DNA of 62,192 nucleotides, filler included, from an uncultured virus (IMG/VR IMGVR_UViG_2049941000_000870) (18 parts of one record of this genome joined end to end with filler, not necessarily neighbours in it), one strand, 5' to 3'. Shown: positions 33,607 to 45,965, counted from the whole stretch's first letter. The notes: generated from the sequence alone by a model not told the origin. A program made the numbers and translations.

Positions 33607-33895
33607 CCTGGTGCAGCCCGTGATGCAGTCCACGATGCCGACTTCGGTCACGCACATCAAGTCGGCCGTGTTCGGTATCGGGCTGAACATGTCGTTCCGT
33701 TTCACGGAGACCACGACAATCAGGTTTCCGTCCGCCCCGTTCGGGTCCTGGGACTCGCATCCCTTGCCCCTCAGCGTTATGGCGTACCCGTCCCTGATTT
33801 CGGGCGGGATGTCGAAACTGACGGTCTCTGTTTCGGTGACCAGGCCGCTTCCGCCGCACTTCTTGCACGGGTCGGACACCACATATCCAGTACCG
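33607..33895 (-). CDS. dnaJ: DnaJ fragment (end of Zn finger and C-domain)
   Basis: PCKKCGGSG...IPP...LRGKG...GNLIV. Confidence 0.85.
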
Positions 33896-33905
33896 NNNNN
33901 NNNNN

Positions 33906-34628
33906 CTGGGTGTCCAGCCTGCCGACGATGTCATCCTCCTCGCCGTATTCGGTCCTCGGCTTGTCGTCATCGTCGTCGTCCGACGGCCTGTTTCCCGACT
34001 GCGGGGCGTCAATCGGGAGAATCTGTATCTCCTCCAGGTCCTTTGGGTTTCGCAGGCTTATCCCCATCTCGTTGAACAGCACCATGAGCTCCTCGCAGGA
34101 CGGCTCCCTGCCGTACTTCTTGACGAACAGCTCCCTGAACCTGGTGTCGTTGCCGAACGTCTTGCTCCTGTTGTTGCGCTGTATGAGCTCGTTGTTCTGG
34201 AGGAATTCGTACATGTACTTGACAATCCAGCTGTTCGCGTACGACAGGAACTTCACCTTCCTGCTCGGGTCGAACCTGTCGAGGGCCACGCACATGCCGT
34301 AGTTCCCCTCCTGGATTAAGTCCATGAACACGTCCGAGCCTATCGGGCAGTGCCTTTGGGCGAACATGACGATGAAGGCCTGGTGGCTCTTGATGAGGAT
34401 GTCTCTGAGCTTCTCCGAGTCTGGGTCCCCAGCCTTTATCCTGGCGATGATTTCCTGCTCCTCGGCGGTGTCTATCGCCCTGAAACCCCTGGCCCTCTCC
34501 AGGAAGCTGGCCGTGCACAGGTCGCCGTCCATGTCGAACCTGTACCCCTTGCCATTCTTCCCTATGAGCTGCTCGCTCCTGAATTTGTGCCTCTTTCCCA
34601 TAAGTATTTGGTTTTTAGTATTTTGCAT
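33906..34628 (-). CDS. Phage sigma70-family RNA polymerase sigma factor
   Basis: DLIQEGNYG...RFDPSRKVKFLSYANSWI; GREPS. Confidence 0.88.
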
Positions 34629-34677
34629 TATATTGTTATATCAGTCTGCGTGATGCTACACCATAGTATACGGTAAA

Positions 34678-35232
34678 TCACTTCTTTTGTTTCAGTATAA
34701 CCGTGCTTCTGTTGCCCTCGTCCCTGGGCATGCTCTCCGCCACCGCGTAGTCCGACACCATCAGCATGAACTCGTAGAGAGCCATCTTGGACTTCTCGAG
34801 CCTCTCGACTTCCCTGCGCTTCATCCTGAGGACGACCTTGACCTTGTCGCCGTTCCCGACGAACTCCTTCACCTTCCTGGCCTTCACCTCCATGTCGTTC
34901 TTTCCGATGTTCGCGGTAAGCTGAATCTCCTTCAGCTCCTGCGGGGCCTGCCTGTTCTCCTTGGCCTTCTTCTTCCTGTCGTACAGCCACTTTCCGTAGT
35001 CGGCCATAAGCACCACTGGGGGCTTCGCCGACGCCTGTATCTCAATCAGGTCCAGGCCAGCGTTTTCAGCCCGAATCCTGGCCGCCTCCATGGTGACTAT
35101 GTGCGACGTCCTTGTGCCGTCCTCCTGGTCGACGAGCAGCCTGACTTCCCCGTCGTACCTTATCCCGTCGTTTGTCCTCGGCTCGTCTATTCTCTGGCCA
35201 GAGCCCATTGCCTTTGCGTTTTTCTTAGCCAT
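34678..35232 (-). CDS. infC: Translation initiation factor IF-3
   Basis: GLDLIEI...PPVV.MADYGK, LKEIQL, GDKVKV. Confidence 0.92.
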   Translation of the reverse strand: MAKKNAKAMGSGQRIDEPRTNDGIRYDGEVRLLVDQEDGTRTSHIVTMEAARIRAENAGLDLIEIQASAKPPVVLMADYGKWLYDRKKKAKENRQAPQELKEIQLTANIGKNDMEVKARKVKEFVGNGDKVKVVLRMKRREVERLEKSKMALYEFMLMVSDYAVAESMPRDEGNRSTVILKQKK

Positions 35233-35262
35233 CGGCTGGTTTTTGGTTCTTATTGTATGTAT

Positions 35263-36106
35263 TTACTGCAATTCTGTGACCGCTTTTATTGCATGTGGCG
35301 GTATGTTGTCGTATGTGAAAACCGAATTCGGTGCGGTCGGGTCCATGAAAAACCTCACATGGGACGGCAGTTTTCCGATTTCAATCGACAGTATTGTGTA
35401 TTCATTGTCGTCAAACAGCACTTTTCCACCTCTTTCATCCTGTATTTTCTTGAGAAGCCCGATACTTTGCCCAGACAGGTTTCTTACCATATACACCCTT
35501 GGCGGGTACTTGAACGCCGTGTTCTTCGTTTTAGGCTCAAGGCCTTTCTCCAGGATTCTTCCGACGAACACCGACGGTGCCGCATGATACAGGAAATCGC
35601 ATTTTTCGAATACAGTGTCCGTGACTTCATTTGCGAACTTCGGCTCGAAAACCATTACAATATACATTCCGACCGATGTCTTCGGCTGGCTTTCAAAATA
35701 CCCGCAGGTCCTCATTNNNNNNNNNNGTCCGCTTTATTTCACCGATTTCATCGGAAGACCATGACCAGTCCACGGCTATCACGATTATGTCGGTGGATAC
35801 GTCGCCGTCGGTCACTTTCTGCACACTGACCTGTCTTTCTGGCAGGCAGAATTTCCTGCATATGATGCCCTTGACCGTTTCCGCGTCGTATGTGCTTATC
35901 AACCCCTCGTTGATTGTTTGTGCCTGGGACAAGTCCCTTCTGATATAATTTTCTGTAAAAAACCTGTCCAAATCTGGTGCTTCGTCTGCAATTTCAAACC
36001 TGCCTTTCCTGGCCTTCTCGGCAAGCTCGGCCTTTACCATGTCGGATACGATTCCGACAAGTCCGTCTTTTGAAATCCTGATGCGTTTTTTCTTTCTATT
36101 GCCCAT
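35263..36106 (-). CDS. Protein with C-terminal ART-fold domain (10-N gap inside)
   Basis: LYHAAP....RILEKGLEPK...YPPRVYM; N-part EGLISTY shared with fragment near 27800-27950. Confidence 0.55.
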
Positions 36107-36113
36107 ATTGAAT

Positions 36114-36698
36114 CTAATGTCTCAGATAATGTTCCTTCACAATCTCGTCCTTCCTGGCCACCAGCTCGTAATAGGTCTTCCAGTCGCCCTTCCTGGCGTA
36201 TTCGTTGAACGTCTGGTACACGGCCTTTATCTCGTCTCGCTTGCGCATCTGCTCGTAGTCGTACACCGTCAGGTCCAGGTCTGGCGTGGCCCTTTCGATT
36301 ATCTCCAGGCACCTGTCCCTGTCCCCGTTTCCGTCGAACCTGCTGGTCCCCAGGAGTGTCGTCGCGACCCTTTTGCCCCTGAACTCCGTGTTGGCGCTCG
36401 CGAGGCAGTTCTCCAGTGCCTCGTATGACAGGAACACCCTTTCCGAGTGCGGGTATGCGCATATGTACATCAGCGACACCGTGGGCTTGCCCTCTATGGT
36501 GAGCCTCTTCCCGAGCTTCCTCAGGTCCGCGTAGTTCGTGGCCTGGTTGGCCTCCTCCAGACCCATCCCTGGATATTTGACCACCATCTTGGACTGTATG
36601 CCCTGTGTGAGCATGTTGTATATGCTGGTCCCGACAAGTATGACCTCGTATTCGTCGGTGTGCCATATCAAGTCCTCGCCTTTGACTGTCCCCATCAT
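36114..36698 (-). CDS. Macrodomain-like (Poa1p/DarG-type) protein
   Basis: GEDL...ILVG...GI...KYP...YEALENCL...LG spacing; signature residues degenerate. Confidence 0.55.
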   Translation of the reverse strand: MMGTVKGEDLIWHTDEYEVILVGTSIYNMLTQGIQSKMVVKYPGMGLEEANQATNYADLRKLGKRLTIEGKPTVSLMYICAYPHSERVFLSYEALENCLASANTEFRGKRVATTLLGTSRFDGNGDRDRCLEIIERATPDLDLTVYDYEQMRKRDEIKAVYQTFNEYARKGDWKTYYELVARKDEIVKEHYLRH

Positions 36699-36889
36699 AC
36701 CTTGAAGTGTTTCATTTTGGACAGTTTCTCAAGCGCCTTCCGCTCGTCCTTGTCAAGCGACCCTGGCATCACCTGGCTTATGTACACGACCATGTTGCCG
36801 TACCCTCCGCGGCCTTTCGGCATGCCAGCCCCTGGCACCACGACAGAGGAACCCTCCTTGGCGCCAGCTGGAATTTCAATCCTCGCCTT
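36695..36889 (-). CDS. dnaJ: DnaJ C-terminus
   Basis: IEIPAG...VPGAGMP...GNMVVYI...PGSLDKDERKALEKL; stop overlaps the macrodomain ATG. Confidence 0.8.
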   Translation of the reverse strand, partial: KARIEIPAGAKEGSSVVVPGAGMPKGRGGYGNMVVYISQVMPGSLDKDERKALEKLSKMKHFKV

Positions 36890-36989
36890 NNNNNNNNNNN
36901 NNNNNNNNNNNNNNNNNNNNNNNNNNNNNNNNNTTAATTAATTAANNNNNNNNNNNNNNNNNNNNNNNNNNNNNNNNNNNNNNNNNNNN

Positions 36990-38025
36990 CTGGCTTTGCG
37001 TGCCCTGGCCGTACATTTTGGCGGAAATGCCGTACATGCGCTCCTGCACTTCCTTCTCAAGGGCGTCCAGCCCGCTGTAGTCCTTCTTCGACTTCATGTC
37101 CTCGACGTCATTCTTCTTCCCTTCGAAAAACGCCTTGTCTTCGTCCGTGAGCGTGCCTTCCTTTTCGGAGGCGGTCTCAAGGAATTTGTCTATGGAGAAC
37201 GACAGGCCCTCGGCCCTGTTCGCCTTCGCGAGCTCCTCCTCGGCCTTCCTGTCCTCCTCGGCGTGCTCCTCGGCCTCGGCCTTCATCCTTTCGATGTCCT
37301 CGTCCGATATGCTTGTCTTGGACTCTATGGTGACGTGCTGCTCCTTGCCAGTGGCCTTGTCCCTGGCTGTCACCGACAGTATGCCGCTCGCGTCTATGTC
37401 GAACGTGACCTCAATCTGCGGGACGCCCCTCCTGGCTGGCAGTATCCCGTCCAGGTTGAACACGCCGATTGTCTTGTTGTCTTTGGCCAGTGGCCTGCAG
37501 CCCTGCAGCACCCTTATGGTCACCGCGGTCTGGTTGTCCACGGCCGTCGTGAAGGTCTCGGTGCGCCTGGTCGGTATTGTGGTGTTGGCCTCAATCATCT
37601 TGGTCATCACCTCGCCCATGGTCTCGATTCCGAGGTTCAGCGGGGTGACGTCGAGCAGCAGCATGGCGTTCTCGGCACCCTCGCCGCCGACGCTCACGTT
37701 GGCCTGTATCGCGGCCCCGAGCGCCACCGCCTCGTCTGGGTTCACGCTCTTGTTCAGTTCGGTCCTGAACTCGTTCTTAAGAGCCTCCTGGATTGCCAGC
37801 GACCTTGACTGTCCTCCGACAAGCAGTATGTATGACAGTTTGTCATATGACAAATCGGCAGCCTTCATAGCCTCCACGCCGCATGCGACGATTCTCTTCA
37901 CAATACCCTCGCACATGGAGTCCATCTTGGCCCTGGTCAGCGACTTGACGAAATGCACTGGCACGCCGTCGGACACCGTGATGTACGGCAGGTTGACCTC
38001 TGTGGTGGTGGCTGTCGACAGCTCG
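36990..38025 (-). CDS. dnaK: DnaK C-terminal half
   Basis: VNPDEAVALGAAIQA, LLLDVTPL, GVPQIEVTFDID. Confidence 0.95.
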
Positions 38026-39018
38026 NNNNNNNNNNNNNNNNNNNNNNNNNNNNNNNNNNNNNNNNNNNNNNNNNNNNNNNNNNNNNNNNNNNNNNNNNNN
38101 NNNNNNNNNNNNNNNNNNNNNNNNNNNNNNNNNNNNNNNNNNNNNNNNNNNNNNNNNNNNNNNNNNNNNNNNNNNNNNNNNNNNNNNNNNNNNNNNNNNN
38201 NNNNNNNNNNNNNNNNNNNNNNNNNNNNNNNNNNNNNNNNNNNNNNNNNNNNNNNNNNNNNNNNNNNNNNNNNNNNNNNNNNNNNNNNNNNNNNNNNNNN
38301 NNNNNNNNNNNNNNNNNNNNNNNNNNNNNNNNNNNNNNNNNNNNNNNNNNNNNNNNNNNNNNNNNNNNNNNNNNNNNNNNNNNNNNNNNNNNNNNNNNNN
38401 NNNNNNNNNNNNNNNNNNNNNNNNNNNNNNNNNNNNNNNNNNNNNNNNNNNNNNNNNNNNNNNNNNNNNNNNNNNNNNNNNNNNNNNNNNNNNNNNNNNN
38501 NNNNNNNNNNNNNNNNNNNNNNNNNNNNNNNNNNNNNNNNNNNNNNNNNNNNNNNNNNNNNNNNNNNNNNNNNNNNNNNNNNNNNNNNNNNNNNNNNNNN
38601 NNNNNNNNNNNNNNNNNNNNNNNNNNNNNNNNNNNNNNNNNNNNNNNNNNNNNNNNNNNNNNNNNNNNNNNNNNNNNNNNNNNNNNNNNNNNNNNNNNNN
38701 NNNNNNNNNNNNNNNNNNNNNNNNNNNNNNNNNNNNNNNNNNNNNNNNNNNNNNNNNNNNNNNNNNNNNNNNNNNNNNNNNNNNNNNNNNNNNNNNNNNN
38801 NNNNNNNNNNNNNNNNNNNNNNNNNNNNNNNNNNNNNNNNNNNNNNNNNNNNNNNNNNNNNNNNNNNNNNNNNNNNNNNNNNNNNNNNNNNNNNNNNNNN
38901 NNNNNNNNNNNNNNNNNNNNNNNNNNNNNNNNNNNNNNNNNNNNNNNNNNNNNNNNNNNNNNNNNNNNNNNNNNNNNNNNNNNNNNNNNNNNNNNNNNNN
39001 NNNNNNNNNNNNNNNNNN

Positions 39019-39413
39019 GCATGGACAAGGTCCTCGCCATACTTGGAATAACCGTCGCCAGTGATGCATATCGCTGGCTTGCCGATGACAATCTTCATGG
39101 TGCCAGTGTTGTCGTTTTCGATTGTCTGCACGTTAACAAGGGCGTCCTCGATGACAAGCTCCCTGTAGTCTGGCTTGCCAGTGTCTGGACGCATCCTGTC
39201 GAAAATCTCCTCGTTCACCGTGATGAGGATTGAATCCGTCATCTTTGAGAGATACTCCTCGTAAGCGTTTGTTTTCTTGATTTTGATTAGTTCCTTCTGT
39301 GACTCGTCGGACAGGATGTTCCATGAGATAAGTCGGAACAAATCGGTTTTGTTGTTGATGATATCTTCGATGAAATCGGTGATATCCTCCGATGTTGCAT
39401 GTAATTTTGACAT
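39019..39413 (-). CDS. Hypothetical phage protein, partial
   Basis: Open frame from MSKL. Confidence 0.5.
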
Positions 39414-39470
39414 AAATTAAACTGTTTTTTTTTTTAATTGTTGATTTTGTTGAACTTCTTNNNNNNNNNN

Positions 39471-40009
39471 AGGCGCAGGTACAGGCCGACGAAGCTCAGG
39501 AACCAGAAGAGGCGCCAGAACGCCAGGTACTGGAAGAGGCGCAGGGCCAGGATTGACGCCGAGCGCAAGAGGAACGGCGACATACACGGCCATTTCAGGG
39601 TCGTGCTGTTCAGGGACAGGGTGCAGGTCGGCGAGCTGAGGTACTCCAAGTGGCTGTCGAGGGCCAGGAAGGTCTTCGACGACTATGTCAGGGAGCACAA
39701 CGAGGGGGTGATATGCGAGAAGCGGTGCACCAGGTCGAACGGGAGCGGGACCGTGACGGAGTTCACCGACGAGGTCCTGCTGCTCAGGCTTGTGGACCCG
39801 TCGGAGGATGACGGGATACGTTCGTTCAGGGATGCCGACGGGATGTTCACCGACCACATGGTGGCCAACAACAGGAAGTACGCCATAATAGCGAAGAGCC
39901 CAGTCTACACACCCGAGACGTTCCAGGTCTACGGGTACAGCCCGATGAACGGCAGGAAGACTGGCAGGTGGATATACGACGAATACCTGGCGCCAGCCTC
40001 TGGCAGGCA
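39471..40009 (+). CDS. Basic hypothetical protein, partial
   Basis: Open frame, Arg/Lys-rich. Confidence 0.55.
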
Positions 40010-40019
40010 NNNNNNNNNN

Positions 40020-40203
40020 CCTCCTTGCCGTTGAAGAGCCATACAAGGCACTGGATTAGCGCGACAAGCGCTGGTATTCCCGTCCAGAAGAACAGTATCC
40101 CGAGGACGCCGAGGACGGTCTGTTTCACATAGAAGTGCTGGATTCCAAGCCAGCCGCCTATAATCGCGATGAACACCGCGTTCCAAAACTTGATTCCATT
40201 CAT
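40020..40203 (-). CDS. TM2-domain membrane protein
   Basis: GGWLGIQHFY...FFWTGIP. Confidence 0.8.
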
Positions 40204-40363
40204 TTGGATGAATTTTTTTTGTCGTTATTCAGTGTATAATATACAAAAATCCTGGACGGTTGAAAAAAACTTGCGTTTTGCCTGGAAAACGGCCATATTG
40301 TCTTCCATGGAAGACAATGTTTCGGAAAACACAACGGACCTGGCCCCGTGGCTNNNNNNNNNN

Positions 40364-41100
40364 CGCTGCATGGCCATGGGGTCCTTGGATAGGTCGACTC
40401 CGTTGTCAGCCTTGCACTCGTCGACAATCCACTGGGATATCGCGTTGTCGAAGTCCGCGCCTCCGAGGAACACGTCGCCCTTCGAAGCCTTGATTTCGAC
40501 GACACCGTCCGCAATCTCGCACACCGAGAAGTCGGTCGTGCCCTGGCCGATGTCGGCCACCATGATTACCGCGTCCGTGTTGACGTCGATGTTCGAGGCC
40601 ATAATCGCCGCGGTCGGCTCGTTTATCACCCTGTGGACCGTGAGTCCAGCGATTGTGCCAGCGTTCTTCGTGGCCTGCCTTGCCGCGTCGTCGAACCACG
40701 CTGGGCATGTGATTACGGCGTCGGTGACCTCGGTTCCGATATAATCCTCGGCGGTCTTCTTCATCTTCGCGAGCACCATGGCGGAAATCTCCTCTGGGGA
40801 ATAGTCCCTGCCTTCGATGTTCACGCGCGGATTTCCGTTGGCGTCTGGATGGATGTCGTATGTCATCTTGTCGAGTATGCCCTGCTTCTCGGCCTGGTCG
40901 TAGGTTACGCCCATGAGCCTCTTGATGTTGTACACCGTGTTCTTCACGTTCATGACCCTCTGGCGCTTGGCCGACTCGCCGACCTTTCGCTCGCCGTCCT
41001 TGAACGACACGATTGAAGGCGTCGTCCTCTGGCCTTCCGAATTCACGACCACAACGGGCTTCCCGCCCTCCATTGTCGCCACGCAACTGAACCCAGTTCC
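40364..41100 (-). CDS. dnaK: DnaK N-terminal ATPase part
   Basis: NSEGQRTTPS, AVITCPAWF, INEPTAA, LGGADFD. Confidence 0.95.
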
Positions 41101-41420
41101 NNNNNNNNNNNNNNNNNNNNNNNNNNNNNNNNNNNNNNNNNNNNNNNNNNNNNNNNNNNNNNNNNNNNNNNNNNNNNNNNNNNNNNNNNNNNNNNNNNNN
41201 NNNNNNNNNNNNNNNNNNNNNNNNNNNNNNNNNNNNNNNNNNNNNNNNNNNNNNNNNNNNNNNNNNNNNNNNNNNNNNNNNNNNNNNNNNNNNNNNNNNN
41301 NNNNNNNNNNNNNNNNNNNNNNNNNNNNNNNNNNNNNNNCAAAGCGTACGCCAAAGTTTCAAAAGCCAAGAGGCAGCCTGTCGGCAAGTCGTCGTACTTG
41401 AAAAGCCGCACTATGCGTCA

Positions 41421-41436
41421 TGCAAAGACCGTGCCA
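41421..41436 (-). promoter_or_regulatory. Sigma54-type -24/-12 promoter
   Basis: TGGCAC-GGTCT-TTGCA, pointing toward dnaK across a gap. Confidence 0.55.
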
Positions 41437-41476
41437 AACTTTTCAAAACCAATAACCGAGCAAAACGAATACAGCC

Positions 41477-41602
41477 ATGGCATGTAACTGCAGCAGCAAG
41501 AAGCTGACGGTCAAGTCCAAGCCTGTGATACACAAGTCACCCAAACGGACTTCTGGCGAGAACAGGCCGTCCAGAAGGATAATCAGAAGGACAAGCCGCT
41601 AG
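41477..41602 (+). CDS. Small basic protein (41 aa) MACNCSSKK...RRIIRRTSR
   Basis: ATG to TAG, manual translation. Confidence 0.45.
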   Translation: MACNCSSKKLTVKSKPVIHKSPKRTSGENRPSRRIIRRTSR

Positions 41603-42206
41603 GCCTGCCCTTCTTTTTTTTCCCTTCCCTTCAGCCACTCCTGGCGCTCCGCCTCAAGCCTTCGGTAGGTATCCTCTATCTCCGACGGTGCCGCATGATA
41701 CANNNNNNNNNNNNNNNNNNNNNNNNNNNNNNNNNNNNNNNNNNNNTTAATTAATTAANNNNNNNNNNNNNNNNNNNNNNNNNNNNNNNNNNNNNNNNNN
41801 NNAAACATATAAACAACATCATCAACATTTGTCAGTGTGATGTTTGAATAATCCCACAATCTCCAATTTGTCTTGTTTCCTTCCGATATGTAAATCAACG
41901 GTTTTGTCGTGCCAGTATTGGTACCGTTGTGTTGCATCCCAATCGTTGTACTGGCTGAAACCGCTTTAAATTCAAGGCATTTGTCAAATGTCGGGTCCTT
42001 GCATGTTATAGTGTCACCGTAATACATATCAGTCATACCAATCGTACATCCAGAACCAAACCCGACAACATTGTCCCCAAGAAACACACACCTGAAATTA
42101 TTCGCATCATTTGTCATTATTTCAAGTGTATCCTGTAACCCTATCGTTATTTCTGAAGTTTGGCCATTGGATAAGGTCTGTACCGAATCATTGTTANNNN
42201 NNNNNN

Positions 42207-42647
42207 GGCACGGGTGGGATTCCATCATCTGGGCGTATCCGACCCTCGTGACCTTTGTCTCCATTCCGCTTCCGTGGCAGTGCGGGCACATGGACGACTT
42301 GCCGTCCGCGCTTCCGCTCCCGCCGCAGTCTGGGCATCGGACCTGCCTGCTGTACCTCACCTTCTTGGACGCACCTCGGTAGACGTCCTCGAGCGTGCAC
42401 TCGACCCGAATCTTCATGTCGCTTCCAGGCGCGGCCTGCGGGGCCCTGGTTCCGCCGAAATTGCCGAAACCGCCCATGCCGCCGAACCCCATGTCCTCCA
42501 TGTGCCTGCGCATGAACTCGCTGATGTCGTCCATGCCCCCGAAACCTGGGTCAGCCGAGCCGCCGACAGTGCCGTACATGTCGTACTGGGACCGCTTCTG
42601 CGGGTCGGACAGAACGGAATAGGCCTCGTTGACCTCCTTGAACCTGT
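42207..42647 (-). CDS. dnaJ: DnaJ fragment (J-domain end, G/F region, Zn finger)
   Basis: FKEVNEAYSVLSD, CxxCxGxG repeats. Confidence 0.92.
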
Positions 42648-43847
42648 NNNNNNNNNNNNNNNNNNNNNNNNNNNNNNNNNNNNNNNNNNNNNNNNNNNNN
42701 NNNNNNNNNNNNNNNNNNNNNNNNNNNNNNNNNNNNNNNNNNNNNNNNNNNNNNNNNNNNNNNNNNNNNNNNNNNNNNNNNNNNNNNNNNNNNNNNNNNN
42801 NNNNNNNNNNNNNNNNNNNNNNNNNNNNNNNNNNNNNNNNNNNNNNNNNNNNNNNNNNNNNNNNNNNNNNNNNNNNNNNNNNNNNNNNNNNNNNNNNNNN
42901 NNNNNNNNNNNNNNNNNNNNNNNNNNNNNNNNNNNNNNNNNNNNNNNNNNNNNNNNNNNNNNNNNNNNNNNNNNNNNNNNNNNNNNNNNNNNNNNNNNNN
43001 NNNNNNNNNNNNNNNNNNNNNNNNNNNNNNNNNNNNNNNNNNNNNNNNNNNNNNNNNNNNNNNNNNNNNNNNNNNNNNNNNNNNNNNNNNNNNNNNNNNN
43101 NNNNNNNNNNNNNNNNNNNNNNNNNNNNNNNNNNNNNNNNATATTGATAACAATAATACGCAAGAGTGGTAGCTGGCAGCTCTGGCGCGGTTGCCAAGCC
43201 TGTACATCCATAGAACATTTGATAATAGCACTGAGTTTCCATTGTCGTCGCTGGCAACTCTGGCGCCGTTGCCAAACCTGTACACCCTCTGAACATATTA
43301 GAATAGCACTGGGCTGCAAGTGTCGTCGCTGGCAACTCTGGCGCCGTTGTCAAACTCGTGCATCCATTGAACATATGTTGATAACAATAACCTGCAAGCG
43401 TCGTCGCTGGCAACTCTGGCGCTGTGGTAAGCTTAGTACTCAAAAATAACCGATAAAATGCAAAAGGTTTTAAAACGTCGTCATCCCCAATTACATTGAT
43501 GAGTGAATTTACACTTCCACTTAATAAAACGTTTTTATCTGTGGTAAAACAACTGTAATTTGAAGTACTGTTTGANNNNNNNNNNNNNNNNNNNNNNNNN
43601 NNNNNNNNNNNNNNNNNNNTTAATTAATTAANNNNNNNNNNNNNNNNNNNNNNNNNNNNNNNNNNNNNNNNNNNNACCATAGCAATCTGATTCAACAGCT
43701 GATAACGTTATTGTTTTGGTTTCAGAATCAGTTACATACCACCACTGTGGTACACCGTTAACATTATAAGGTATTTCAGTTCCTTGTGGTTTTATAAAAA
43801 CGCCACTACTNNNNNNNNNNCCAGACGAGGGGTAGGGCCGAAAGGGA

Positions 43848-43885
43848 AAAGGCGGTGAGTTTTTGATTCACCGCCTTCTTTTTTT
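43848..43885. terminator. Bidirectional rho-independent terminator
   Basis: AAAAGGCGGTGA...TCACCGCCTTCTTTTTT. Confidence 0.65.
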
Positions 43886-43904
43886 CCGTTGGCTTTGATG
43901 CCGC

Positions 43905-44537
43905 CTATTCGCCAGCCTGCTGCGTGGTGAACTCTGGCATCTGGGGGTATCCGTCCGTCACATCGAACCCATCCACCGACTCGACGGTCTCGAGCGCCCT
44001 GACCTGCACCCTGTGCTGGGAGGTCACGTTGTAGCAGTCCGTGGCGTACATCTCGAGCGTGGCCAGCATGTACCTTGCGGTCTGGATGGGGAGGGTGACG
44101 TGGATGTCCCCGAACCATATGTCCAGCTCGGTCCTTCCGAGAAGCGTGGCCGACTCTATGGTGTTCCTGAGACTGGCCCTGGTCTCCCTGTCGAGCCACA
44201 TCAGGTTCCCGTCGAGTCTGAAGCCGTTCACGTTCGGGGAGCTGTCGTATGACTCTATCGCCCTGAGCTTGGACGCCTTGGCCTCGGCCAGCTCGTCGAT
44301 TGTCCCTGGCTCCTGGGGCTCCTGGTATGGCTCCTCCTGGCCTGGTTCGTAGGGGGTCGGCTCCTCTGGCTCTGGGGTTACAGGCCACTCGGACTCTGGA
44401 AGCTCCCTGTAGTTCTCTGGGTTGTCGTACATTCCGAGGATAATCTCGTACCCGTAGAGGGTCATGTTCTGGTTGGCGAGGAAATAGCCCTCGTCGGCTG
44501 TTATGACCGTGTAGTTGTTGCGTCTTTCGGTTGTCAT
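43905..44537 (-). CDS. DUF4376-like phage tail-associated protein
   Basis: IESYDSSPNVNGF...WLDRETR...LEMYA..CYNVT..H. Confidence 0.7.
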   Translation of the reverse strand: MTTERRNNYTVITADEGYFLANQNMTLYGYEIILGMYDNPENYRELPESEWPVTPEPEEPTPYEPGQEEPYQEPQEPGTIDELAEAKASKLRAIESYDSSPNVNGFRLDGNLMWLDRETRASLRNTIESATLLGRTELDIWFGDIHVTLPIQTARYMLATLEMYATDCYNVTSQHRVQVRALETVESVDGFDVTDGYPQMPEFTTQQAGE

Positions 44538-45965
44538 TTCGGTGTGTGTTTTATATTGCTGTGTTATTTTGATTCTTCTTTGCTATAATTTCAGTTACAC
44601 ATTTACAATGGTCCAATTGTTTGGGATTCCGCTGGTTCCAGAGTCTATTGATGTGCCACTTGGTTTTACGAATGTACCAGTGGAGGCGACATTCTGGACC
44701 CAGTTGGTTGCATAACTCGTATTCCAAGACGTTGCGCCGACCTTGATATAATTAAGGCTTGTGCATCCTTGGAACATTTGTTGATAACAACCACTTGCAA
44801 GCGTCGTGGCTGGCAGCTCTGGCGCCGTTGCCAGGCTTGTACATCCCTGGAACATTTGTTGATAACACTGAGTTGCATTTGTTAGATTCGTCGCTGGCAG
44901 CTCTGGCGCGGTTGTCAAGCCTGTACANNNNNNNNNNNNNNNNNNNNNNNNNNNNNNNNNNNNNNNNNNNNTTAATTAATTAANNNNNNNNNNNNNNNNN
45001 NNNNNNNNNNNNNNNNNNNNNNNNNNNGCCAAAATAACAACTATTTGCATTTGTTAGATTCGTCGCTGGCAGAGATGGCGCCGTTGTCAGGTTTGTACAT
45101 CCTTGGAACATACAAATATAGCAACTACTTGCAAGTGCCGTCGCTGGCAACTCTAACGGAGCCGTCGCCAGACCTGTACATCCTTGGAACATGTTTTGAT
45201 AACACTGAGTTGCAAGCGTCGTCGCTGGCAGCTCTGGTGCCGTTGCCAGGCTGGTGCATCCGTAGAACATATTTGAATAGCAATATTGGGTCAATGCCGT
45301 CGCTGGCAACTCTGGCGCCGATGTCAGGTTTGCGCAGTTGTTAAACAATTTGTAAAAACAATAGTCATCCTGTATAACAGTTGAATTAACAGAACTGTCC
45401 AAAAGCGACATGATGTTTCCGCCACACCTAACTTTTTTGTTGAACGGGATGAAATATGCATATATATTTGTATTGTTTTGAAACCTGTTCTCTGACGTGG
45501 CTCTCAAAAAAACAAAATCACCTTTTTTTGGCAACGTTATAAGCGTGAAATCGTCAAACACACCACGTGTTGCACTGGCCCATTCATGCCATGATATGCC
45601 GTCAGTTGAGTATTGGAGAGTTATGTTTGAATTTGAAGGCGTCCTTAATCTGATTTGGATATTGTCCTCCTCAGCCTGGAAANNNNNNNNNNCATGTAGT
45701 TTTTATCGGAAGTCGGTTTTTCAATAATTCTTTCGCTAAAAGGTGCTGTGTTCCCGTGTATCAGTTTGTTGTTGAAAACTAACATATATGTTTGTGTTTG
45801 TGTTTTTATATACCTTCAACAGTCCAGTTGTTTGGAATTCCGCTGGCACCACTTGTGATTGTTATACCGCTTGGCTTTACAAAAGTACCAGTTGAGGCGA
45901 CATTAGCAACCCAATTACTTGCGTATGAAGTATTCCATGACGTGGCACCGACTTTNNNNNNNNNN

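Noticed and set aside
33910..41016. Long plus-strand ORFs opposite sigma70, infC and dnaK
   Set aside because: Antisense shadows of GC3-rich genes.
36942..43443. Apparent fusions across gaps (DnaK-hypothetical, LRR-DnaJ, ArdC-GH16, sigma70-DnaJ) and split genes
   Set aside because: All joins cross N gaps and the pieces of single genes are scattered, indicating contig shuffling.
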